Part shown: positions 10,030 through 23,233 of the stretch, piece by piece
How positions within the stretch are numbered: position 1 is the stretch's first letter
How the letters are laid out: each line of letters opens with the position of its first letter
Assembly: GCA_046582655.1 (NCBI GenBank)
Contig: JAYGDX010000418.1
Span: 1-30,239 of the forward strand
Reading direction: 5' to 3'
Length of the DNA: 30,239 nucleotides
Source of the DNA: Candidatus Poribacteria bacterium
GTDB taxonomy: Bacteria; Poribacteria; WGA-4E; UBA9662
The notes under the pieces: model-generated
The model's database searches: none
What the model was told of the DNA's origin: nothing
Seen by the model: only the letters and a program-made list of their open reading frames with translations
Made by a program: the position numbers and the translations under genes

Positions 10030-10809
10030 TTATTGTTGTTTGATGTCTCCCCAGACAGTTGTCAGTTTGCCTTGCGGTTCAGCAGCCAAAAACACCTCCA
10101 TGCCTTCCTGTATCTCTGCAATTTCATTTTTATCCAACATGCGTGAAAAAATGGCTGCGTCGTCCATTACACCCGCGTAGGTTTCCCCTCCTGATCCACC
10201 AATACGGTATTCCGCAATTTTCCCACCAGTAACTTTGTGATCTGCGTTTTTTACCTCCTCACCATCAAGATAAATTCGAAACTTCTTTTTATCTGAAGTC
10301 AAGGTGATATTGTACCATTTATTTTTTTCAATCAACCCTGCATCGGTCTGACACATAACTGTCCAACCGCCATCAACCATCCCCCGCCAAGAGATAAGCC
10401 CTTGATCCTTGTTTATAAATAGGGTGTTGTGTCCAGAAGCAACGGGAAGACTACGCCAAATGTGTTCCCATCCACTGCCCTCAAAATTGGGTTTAATCCA
10501 AACCGAAAGAGAAAACTCTTCTATAAAGAAATCGCCATCCAGTGAATCAGATGGAGTAATACCAATCCATGCATTCGGATCTAAGTCGATGGCTTTTGCA
10601 CCAAACTTTCCGTCAACCCACTTTGACTTCCCCTGAATTTCTCCGTCATTAGCATTTTTAGTAGCATCCTTTGTGTCCCCATCCAAGGGATAGTATAGAA
10701 CTAAGGATTTATCATCTACAGACCAAACAGAAACCGAAATTAACAGTAAGATCATCAAGCTCAACGAAACCAGCTTTAAACCTTGGCAAGTCCAAGATAT
10801 CATTGGCAT
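10030..10809 (-). CDS. Secreted LamG/concanavalin A-like domain protein (copy 1)
   Basis: AGGAGG RBS, signal peptide, LVLYYPLD, WVDGKFG, FSLSVWIK, IYLDG, GVMDDAAIFSR, and tail AAEPQGKLTTVWGDIK. Confidence 0.9.
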   Translation of the reverse strand: MPMISWTCQGLKLVSLSLMILLLISVSVWSVDDKSLVLYYPLDGDTKDATKNANDGEIQGKSKWVDGKFGAKAIDLDPNAWIGITPSDSLDGDFFIEEFSLSVWIKPNFEGSGWEHIWRSLPVASGHNTLFINKDQGLISWRGMVDGGWTVMCQTDAGLIEKNKWYNITLTSDKKKFRIYLDGEEVKNADHKVTGGKIAEYRIGGSGGETYAGVMDDAAIFSRMLDKNEIAEIQEGMEVFLAAEPQGKLTTVWGDIKQQ

Positions 10810-10962
10810 ATCCCTCCTACATAAATATGGTTAAGTTTCCAAAACATCAAAGTTAGAGATAATCCGTTCCAATTTTGGGATCAAGCAATACAATCCCTGA
10901 CCTAATCCGTTAAAGCGGACTATCTTGTAGCATATCGGCTTGATCTAAATCATCCGATTAAA

Positions 10963-11735
10963 TTAGAGACGCTTTAAATTTGCCCAAGTTGTGGCTAGCT
11001 TAGCCTTGCTGTCTACCGACGTATCTGACATCACTACCGCGCCAATTGAATCTTTCTGTATCTTTGAAATCGTGCTTTCTTCCATCGCTCCAGAGAAAAC
11101 AGCCGCATCATCCATCAATCCGGCATACGTTTCGCCCCCTTCACCACCAAGGTGATAAGTCTCAATACCCCCATCAGTAACTTTGTGATCGGTTTCCTTC
11201 ACCTTGGAACCATTAAGATAGATGCGAAACTTCTTTTTATCCGAAGTCATGGTAACATTGTACCATTTATTCTCTTCAATTAACCCACCATCGGTCTGAC
11301 ACATGACTGTCCAACCGCCACCAACCATCCCCCGCCAAGAGACAAGCCCTGAATCCTTGTTTATAAATAAGGTGTTATGTCCGGAACCAGTGGGCAGACT
11401 ACGCCAGATATGCTCCCAAGCACTGCCCTTAAAATTAGGTTTAATCCAAGCTGAAAGGGTAAATGCGTTTACAAACAGATCTCCGTGGAGCGTTTTGGAT
11501 GCGGGAATATTGATAAACGATTTTGGATCTAAGTCAATGGCTTTTCCAAATTTGCCATCAACCCATTTCGATTTACCCTCGATCTTGCCATGATTCCCAT
11601 TTTTTTTATCCTTAGCATCACCATCCAAAGGATAGTAAGCAACCAAATCTGCTGCTTGAGCTGAAATTGTACATAAAAACAAAACAGCAAGCGTTAAAAC
11701 ACAGATTCTTGACGGAAAAGGAAAAAAATCTTCAT
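10963..11735 (-). CDS. Secreted LamG-like protein (copy 2); start region frameshifted in a T7 run
   Basis: Close paralog of copy 1, tail SVDSKAKLATTWANLK. ATG 11735 with a GAGGG RBS is out of frame. Adding one T at 11722-11728 restores MKIFFPFPSRICVLTLAVLFLCTISAQA-AD. Confidence 0.82.
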
Positions 11736-11975
11736 AACGAATCCCTCTTTGAATCTAAGACTTCGACCTAAGTCAAAATTAATGTCATCAACCAGAATGT
11801 GAAGCACAACGTGACTGCTATTAGCCAACGAAATACTACACTAAAGTATTATATTTCGGTAAAATAGCTAGAAATTATACATGGCTAATTCTATGCAAAA
11901 CTTAAAAAATTGTCAATACTATAATGAACCAATAAAACAATAATTCCATAAGCCACACCTGATCCGCTGGTAATC

Positions 11976-11991
11976 TGTCGGTAATTTGATG
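11976..11991. promoter_or_regulatory. Candidate transcription-factor site TGTCGGTAATTTGATG
   Basis: 13/14 match to 21069-21082. Lies about 55 nt upstream of the response regulator gene. Confidence 0.35.
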
Positions 11992-12045
11992 TTGTCAAGA
12001 ACCTTTTCCTTTGAACTACCGGTAGACTAGTGATAGAATCGCAAT

Positions 12046-13461
12046 ATGAAAAACATCCTAATTGTTGATGACGACGAAAAGATTTGTTGGGCCTTTGAAC
12101 AGTTTCTAACGGATGAAGGCTATAACCCAATTATTGCCAATAACGCTGAGGAAGGGTTACGCCAAATCGAGAATAATCGTCCGGATCTTGTGATGCTTGA
12201 TATTCGGTTACCAGGTATCAGCGGCCTTGACGCGCTGCAAGAAATAAAGAAAATTGACCCACAAATTCAAATCGTAATTATGACGGCTTACGACAATGTG
12301 GAGATGACAATTACGGCGATGCGTCTGCAAGCCTTTGATTTCTTGCCTAAACCGATTGATCTAGATCAGGTCAAGACCATTTTAAATCGCGTTAGCCGAC
12401 TCAAAACCGTTCGCAAGGAATTGACATTAGACTGGAAAGGACAGGCAGACCAGACACAAAAGTATCAGTTGATTGGTAAAAGTTCCCAGATGCAGGAAGT
12501 TTATAAAATGATTGGGATTATGGCCAGTAACAACGACACTGTACTGATTGAAGGTGAAAATGGGACAGGAAAGGAGCTAGTTGCGCGTGCTATCCACCAC
12601 AACAGTCTCCGACAAGATGACCGTTTCGTGGCGGTGAATTGTGGGGCCATTCCCGATGAATTGCTTGAAAGCGAACTGTTTGGTTATGTACCCGGTGCGT
12701 TTACCGGTGCAAGTGTTCAAGGCAAACCAGGAAAGTTTGAATTGGCAGATGGCGGCACAATTTTCCTCGACGAAGTTAGCAATATGTCGGTTGCATTACA
12801 AGTAAAACTACAGCGAACGTTACAGGAGGGAGAAATTGAACGCCTGGGAGGAACAGAAACAATAAAGATCAATACACGCATTATCGCCGCCACAAACCAA
12901 AATTTATCAGAAAGTGCCCAGCGAGGCGGTTTTCGAGAAGATCTGTACTACCGACTCAACCAAGTGTTAATAAAATTGCCGTTACTCAGAGATCGGGTTG
13001 ATGATATACCTCTACTAATCGAGCACTTTCTAAACCAAATCAACCGTGAATTAAACCAAACTGTTCAAGGTGTCTCCCATGAGACCATGAAAATTCTGCA
13101 AAACTACGGATGGCCTGGCAACGTCCGTGAACTCGAAAACACTGTCAAAAGTGCCGTTGTTCTTTCAAGATCGGACGTCATTCTGCCAGAACATCTACCA
13201 ACAAGGATTCAAGACCCGGTATTAACAGATAATGCTCTGCAGATGGACCTAAAGTCTATTCTCCCCACTATTGTTAAGCGGGCAATTGAACTTGAAAAAG
13301 ACTCTCTGTATGATGAACTGATCAATATTCTCGATGCTGAACTCATTCCAACTGTGATCAAAACCTGTAACCAGAATCAGACCCAAGCGGCAAAACTCCT
13401 CGGTGTCAGTCGAACAACATTGATCCAGAAAATGAAAAAACTTAAATATAAAGGGAGTTAA
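12046..13461 (+). CDS. Sigma54-dependent response regulator (NtrC/AtoC/ZraR family)
   Basis: Receiver domain (LIVDDD, LDIRLP, KP), Walker A GENGTGKE, ESELFG, GAFTGA, FLDE, WPGNVRELEN and a Fis-type HTH (NQTQAAKLLGVSRTTL). Confidence 0.96.
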   Translation: MKNILIVDDDEKICWAFEQFLTDEGYNPIIANNAEEGLRQIENNRPDLVMLDIRLPGISGLDALQEIKKIDPQIQIVIMTAYDNVEMTITAMRLQAFDFLPKPIDLDQVKTILNRVSRLKTVRKELTLDWKGQADQTQKYQLIGKSSQMQEVYKMIGIMASNNDTVLIEGENGTGKELVARAIHHNSLRQDDRFVAVNCGAIPDELLESELFGYVPGAFTGASVQGKPGKFELADGGTIFLDEVSNMSVALQVKLQRTLQEGEIERLGGTETIKINTRIIAATNQNLSESAQRGGFREDLYYRLNQVLIKLPLLRDRVDDIPLLIEHFLNQINRELNQTVQGVSHETMKILQNYGWPGNVRELENTVKSAVVLSRSDVILPEHLPTRIQDPVLTDNALQMDLKSILPTIVKRAIELEKDSLYDELINILDAELIPTVIKTCNQNQTQAAKLLGVSRTTLIQKMKKLKYKGS

Positions 13462-13463
13462 CT

Positions 13464-14090
13464 TTGAAACGATTAGCTCTTTACTGCATCATCTATTTTA
13501 TAACCTTCTCATCTGTAGCTGAAGAAACCGAAACTTTCCTGCAAGAAAAACTGAGGGTTAAAGGATTTGGCAGCCCAATTGTAAAGATGACCCAAGTCCA
13601 TGGCGAATTCGACCTGATCATAGGTGCTCGTGGCGCCGTACTTCTGAATCGGGCCTTTGCTATCGGTATTGGCGCCTATAGCTTGGCATCATCAATTCAT
13701 GTTGCGGAAACCAAAAGCAATTTTGAAATGGAATACGCTGGGCTGGTTTTGGAATTTGTGTTTCCTCCCGATAAGCGTGTCCACTTATCTGCCAACACAC
13801 TCATTGGATGGGGAGGTCTAAACAACGCAGCTGATCGCAACTGGATGTACTATAACGACTACGATGCATATTATGGTGATGATCAATATTATGCAAATCA
13901 TAATCCGGTTGACGATAGTTTCATGGTTATTGAACCCGAACTCGATCTTGAACTAAATATGACAACCTTTTTTCGGCTTAGTCTGGGTGTCAGCTATCGC
14001 TACGTAAGTGGGGTTGGACTCATGCCGCTTACAAATGCCGACTTGAAAGGTCTGGCTGCCGTTTTTACGTTCAAAGTTGGGAAATTTTGA
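13464..14090 (+). CDS. Hypothetical small outer-membrane beta-barrel protein
   Basis: Signal peptide (SVA-EE), alternating beta-strands, and C-terminal FTFKVGKF. Starts 2 nt after the regulator stop. Confidence 0.7.
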   Translation: MKRLALYCIIYFITFSSVAEETETFLQEKLRVKGFGSPIVKMTQVHGEFDLIIGARGAVLLNRAFAIGIGAYSLASSIHVAETKSNFEMEYAGLVLEFVFPPDKRVHLSANTLIGWGGLNNAADRNWMYYNDYDAYYGDDQYYANHNPVDDSFMVIEPELDLELNMTTFFRLSLGVSYRYVSGVGLMPLTNADLKGLAAVFTFKVGKF

Positions 14091-14104
14091 GCATATAAAA
14101 GCAA

Positions 14105-14134
14105 TTGACGAAATATATTAACTTGCGATACAAT
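14105..14134 (+). promoter_or_regulatory. Possible sigma70 promoter
   Basis: TTGACG-N18-TACAAT upstream of the TPR gene. Confidence 0.4.
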
Positions 14135-14172
14135 CCAGAGACAGGCCAAATCAGGGAAAAGCAAAAACATGA

Positions 14173-14867
14173 TTGATGGTTGGGATCTCAGTCTTTGGAT
14201 GTAGCAAGGAAAAAGTTCTCGTTGATCTAAGTAGCGTCCAAGATAAGGCCAAGGTAACTGAGGTAGCGACTCGCATCTCGTCCAGTGAAGCATCCTCCAC
14301 CTACGATCAAGGAATCAATCATCACCAACAAGGAAATCTGGACAAAGCCATCACCAGATATAGAGAGACCATTAACGCAGATCCAAAACATGCGGGTGCG
14401 TATCTTAATTTAGGAACCATCTATTATAAAATTCTATCATGCTATTATGTCCTACAAACAGGCGATTCTCATCAACCCTGATTATGTGGAAGCATATCTA
14501 AATTTAGGCGCAGTCTACAGAACTGCAGGGAAATTATGAGGATGCCATTGGAGAATATAAAGAAGCTATTCGTATTGATCCCGACGACGCCATGGCACAT
14601 TATAATTTAGGCGATATTTACTACAAGCAAGGTGATACTGATCAAGCGATCTTCCAGTTCAAAGAAGTTGTTCGTATCAATCCTCAAGATGCAGAGATAC
14701 ATAATATACTTGCTTGTTTATATTCTGTTAGCCACCAAGAATCTTTAGCTATAGAATCACTTCAGGACGCCATCCAATTGGATAGGAAATTTCGTGAAAG
14801 TGCCAAAACAAATGTCCTTTTCTCCGACATACGAAAGAGTTCCAAATTTCAGGAATTGATCAAATGA
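14173..14867 (+). pseudogene. TPR-repeat lipoprotein split by two frameshifts
   Basis: Lipobox VFG-C. TPR sequence runs through three frames: ...AYLNLGTIYYK (to 14430), FYHAIMSYKQAILINPDYVEAYLNLGAVY (14432 to about 14520), and LQGNYEDAIGEYKEAIRIDPDDAMAHYNLG... (from 14523). Confidence 0.85.
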
Positions 14868-14923
14868 GACGTCTTATTAAAGTAAATTGCATTATAGGTG
14901 ATGATACTGAAAGGAATTTATGA

Positions 14924-15784
14924 ATGAAACCCGAACTTATCGCAGATTACCAATGTATTACCGGAGAAAATCCACTTTGGCATCCGATTGAAAACCGGCT
15001 TTATTGGCTTGATATACCCAATGGACGACTTTTTCGTTACAATCCCAAAACAGGAGAGCATGAGAATTTTTATACTCATAGTGAGGAAGTCGGTAGTTTT
15101 ACCTTCCAACCTGATGGTTCACTTCTTCTTTTCATGTCCCGTGGGGCAATTGCAATCTGGCATGATGGTGAATTGACGCCGATTATCGACGAAATTGAGG
15201 ATGAACGTGAATCTAGGTTTAACGATGTGATTGCTGATCCCGTGGGTAGAGTTTTCTGTGGTACTATGCCACAGGAATCACGACTTGGTAAACTTTATCG
15301 GCTTGACTTAGATGGATCAATCACTGAAATTCTCAATGGTATTACCTGCTCTAATGGCTTAGGGTTCACACCAAATCTCAAGTCATTGTATTATACCGAT
15401 TCCATGAAGCATCAAATCTACCTGTTCGACTACGATCAGGAAACAGGATCGATTTCCAATCAGCAAGTATTCGTTACTACTCCGAAGAATGAAGGTGTAC
15501 CAGACGGCATGACTGTTGATGCAGAAGGATATATTTGGTCTGCCCGTTGGGACGGGAATTGTTTGGTGAGGTTTGATCCGTCTGGTAAGGAAGAACGGCG
15601 AATTGAGTTTCCGGCCAAAAAGGTTTCAAGCCTTACTTTCGGTGGTGACGATTTGACAGATATCTACGTGACAACTGCCGGTGGAGATAACAAGCCAGAA
15701 GAAGGGGCAGGTGCAGGGGCGCTATTTCGATTGAACCTTGGTATTCAGGGAGCAGCTGAATTTTCGTCTCAAATTGATGTTTAG
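14924..15784 (+). CDS. SMP-30/gluconolactonase/LRE family protein
   Basis: GENPLWH, RFNDVIADPVGR, SNGLGF and PDGMTVDAEG motifs. Confidence 0.95.
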   Translation: MKPELIADYQCITGENPLWHPIENRLYWLDIPNGRLFRYNPKTGEHENFYTHSEEVGSFTFQPDGSLLLFMSRGAIAIWHDGELTPIIDEIEDERESRFNDVIADPVGRVFCGTMPQESRLGKLYRLDLDGSITEILNGITCSNGLGFTPNLKSLYYTDSMKHQIYLFDYDQETGSISNQQVFVTTPKNEGVPDGMTVDAEGYIWSARWDGNCLVRFDPSGKEERRIEFPAKKVSSLTFGGDDLTDIYVTTAGGDNKPEEGAGAGALFRLNLGIQGAAEFSSQIDV

Positions 15785-16144
15785 CTTACGAAGCAAAAAA
15801 GCGTGGTCTTGGTACACGCAGGGTAAATTTCTATCTTGGATTACCCTAATTCCAATCCTCATTAATGGCTGCTCCAGTACCAAAATTCTCGATATCAGAA
15901 ATAACATCGAGGAATTCAAGGATCAACAAGTAACGCTAAACGGAGAAGTCACGGAAACGCTAGCAATACCGTTTATACGGACTGGGGTATACCAACTTGA
16001 CGATGGGAGCGACCGGATTTGGGTTTTATCTGCCAAGAACGTACCGGAACGTGGCAATCGGGTTGTGGTAACAGGCACCGTTACTGTTGGAGTTGAACTT
16101 GCCGGCAAACGGTTTGGTGTGATGATCAAGGAAGCTGATGAAGA

Positions 16145-16148
<4 letters not shown>
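15777..16148 (+). CDS. Putative OB-fold lipoprotein
   Basis: Lipobox ING-C, then VTLNGEV, YQLDDGSDRIWV and VVVTGTV (OB-fold pattern). ATG 15777 is preferred over TTG 15738. Confidence 0.7.
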
Positions 16149-21010
<4,862 letters not shown>

Positions 21011-21040
21011 TAATCAAATAGAATCAATCATTTACACCAA

Positions 21041-21120
21041 ATAATTTTGGTAATTTGTAACCGATAATTGTTGGTAATTTGACATTTTTGTAACATGCAA
21101 AAAGTAAGGTTGTCGGTAAT
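21041..21120. repeat. Cluster of GGTAAT-core direct repeats, probable operator array
   Basis: ATAATTTTGGTAATTTG (21041-21057), ATAATTGTTGGTAATTTGACA (21064-21084) and TGTCGGTAAT (21111-21120). Confidence 0.5.
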
Positions 21121-21184
21121 CTTGGAACACTTTTCTATAGCCACGTATTTTTTACATTTATTATGTTAATCTACGCAACATTAA

Positions 21185-21280
21185 AGTCACTTCACTGGTG
21201 TCGGTGGGACGACCGCTGTGGAACCGAGCAACAAGCCAAGCGCAACTTGGGCCACAATCAAGTTTCAGACGTTACGCTAA
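21185..21280 (+). pseudogene. Orphan 3' gene remnant encoding only the C-terminal tail motif
   Basis: Translates as SHFTGVGGTTAVEPSNKPSATWATIKFQTLR*. It is preceded by an in-frame TAA at 21182-21184, with no protein body upstream. Confidence 0.75.
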
Positions 21281-21297
21281 ATAACTGAAATCCACTT

Positions 21298-21340
21298 TAC
21301 TATTGGCTGGTCGATAAATAAATTTGGCCAGCCAATAGTA
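21298..21340. terminator. Long hairpin after the orphan tail
   Basis: TACTATTGGCTGG (21298-21310) pairs perfectly with CCAGCCAATAGTA (21328-21340). No clear U-tract. Confidence 0.55.
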
Positions 21341-21376
21341 TTGACCTAATCCTGTATAGTCAATTAGGAGTTTAAA

Positions 21377-22233
21377 ATGAATATCAGGCAATCTAAAATG
21401 TGTGCAACAGTTCTGTCGGGCATGGTGCTGCTTACTCTGTTGTTGGTTCTGCAGATACCAGCTATGTCTGACTATATCGTTGAAGATGGTTTATAATTGG
21501 TTACTGGAGTTTTGATGCTAATACGATAAAAGGAAAAGCTATTAAGGACCTATCGGGCGTCGGTCAGGATGCCGAACTGATGGGAAACCTGAAAAGTGTA
21601 AAAGGAAAGTTTGGCATGGCTTTTGGGAAATTCAGTCAAAGTGATTTCGTGTTGGTTACCTCACCGATGAAAAAGGCTAAACTGCCGGTGAAAGATATAA
21701 CGGTAGAAGCTTGGGTTATTGATGAGGGGCTGCTTGAATGGGGCGGCTACGTTGGCTGTTTTCAAGACAATGGCAGTTTTGAAAAAGGTTGGGTACTTGG
21801 TACAAACAACGCCATTACCTTTGCGGTATCAACGGAAAAGCCCAACGATGGTGACGGTATTTTAACCTACGTTGTAGCTAACGCTAAATATAACAAAGGC
21901 AAATGGATACATGTCGCTGGCACCTACGATGGGAAAAAAATTAAAATCTATATTAATGGTGAACTTGCTGGGGATAATTCTTCTCATACTGGAGACATCA
22001 ACTATCCCGAGGAAGGAGACAGTGCACCTGATGCCGAGTTTATTATCGGGAAATATAAGGATATCAATAAAAACTTCCCTCACCAAGGTTCAATTGATGA
22101 GGTCAAGCTTTATGAACGTGCTTTATCTGCAGCAAAAAATAAGAAAAATATGAACAGTCACGGACTAGCAGTCAACCAAGCAGATAAATTGGGTATGATG
22201 TGGGGAACAATTAAGCGTAATCGAACTCGCTAG
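21377..22233 (+). pseudogene. Secreted LamG-like protein (copy 3) with a frameshift after the signal peptide
   Basis: AGGAG RBS and ATG 21377 give MNIRQSKMCATVLSGMVLLTLLLVLQIPAMSDYIVEDGL* (TAA 21494-21496). IGYWSFD resumes at 21496, in frame with ORF 21580..22233. Tail AVNQADKLGMMWGTIK. Confidence 0.87.
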
Positions 22234-22253
22234 ATGCTTGTTGTCGATCTAAA

Positions 22254-23204
22254 TTATTGCATTGGTTGTTGCAACATTAATTCTTCAATAACAGTTGCCA
22301 GTTGCAGAGGGTCCATTCGTTGCTTAAGATAATGATGGCTTTTCTTATCTAATGTTCGCCATTGATTTGATCCGTCCGAATCAACGGAACAGATCCCGTC
22401 ACTTTCAACTGTCCAATATTCTGAACTGCCTCGGACAGCGCATAGAACGGTTGCTGGATCCCAACTCGGCCGATCCTCCCCTTGCGTATGCAGTTGGTAG
22501 GCTTTTCTCACCGGATGGTCTTCCGACCCCAGATGACAGAGACGGTTGCCTGTCATGATTTTTTCTCCAATTTCGAAGCCACAGAAGATGATAGATGTTG
22601 GCCAGTTTCGGACAACCATCTGTGCCGCTGAACTGTCCTGCTGAAAATTCCATTCCAACCCATTCGGAAACTGTCCACCCATAATATAGATGGCATTGAC
22701 CTTTTGCAAGACAAGATCATATCCGTTTAGTTGACTGTATTGATCGGCTTTGGTTTGCAATAGATCTTTCAGGTTATTAAGTGGTCCGATAGCACATATA
22801 ACCACGCTTTTATCAGGCTGTGACGCCAAAACCTGACGATATAACTTCCGTGCATCTGTAGCATTTTGACCGTTTTTTAGTTGACGCGGAAAGTGTTGTC
22901 CTAAGTATTGATTGTACTTTGATTCTGTTAAGAATCCGGATTTTTTGTAGGTTCCTACCGGGAGATAGCCTCTCCCGTAATACGTGTTGATTGCATCAAT
23001 ACAAGGTGCGCCCCATTGGCTAGAAGTACAACACATAATTCCCAGAATCTCAGCTTCATTATTATTGGCTAATACATGCAGCACTGCCATAGCTCCTGCA
23101 TCATCGCAATCAGGACCGATATCAGTATCTAGAATAATGGGGACTGGATTCAAAACTTCAGCCGTAAACAGGCAGAAACTGATCCACGCGTTGGTCAAAA
23201 GCAC
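22254..23204 (-). CDS. Nucleoside hydrolase family protein (IU-NH fold), probably exported
   Basis: IILDTDIGPDCDDAGA Asp motif, IGPLNNL, MGG, EWNF and SWDP. The start is uncertain. Confidence 0.9.
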   Translation of the reverse strand: MLLTNAWISFCLFTAEVLNPVPIILDTDIGPDCDDAGAMAVLHVLANNNEAEILGIMCCTSSQWGAPCIDAINTYYGRGYLPVGTYKKSGFLTESKYNQYLGQHFPRQLKNGQNATDARKLYRQVLASQPDKSVVICAIGPLNNLKDLLQTKADQYSQLNGYDLVLQKVNAIYIMGGQFPNGLEWNFQQDSSAAQMVVRNWPTSIIFCGFEIGEKIMTGNRLCHLGSEDHPVRKAYQLHTQGEDRPSWDPATVLCAVRGSSEYWTVESDGICSVDSDGSNQWRTLDKKSHHYLKQRMDPLQLATVIEELMLQQPMQ

Positions 23205-23233
23205 GAAAATTCTTCTTCCATTCTACTACTAAT

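Noticed and set aside
11882..11897. Sigma54 -24/-12 promoter TGGCTAATTCTATGCA
   Set aside because: GG-N10-GC spacing is right but the remaining positions fit poorly. Too weak to call.
21122..21138. Sigma54 promoter TTGGAACACTTTTCTAT beside the repeat cluster
   Set aside because: The -24 half is plausible but the required GC at -12 is absent.
23204..23225. Frameshifted start of the nucleoside hydrolase (ATG at 23221 out of frame)
   Set aside because: A one-base fix would give a better signal peptide, but the in-frame GTG at 23204 is also usable. It cannot be decided from sequence alone.
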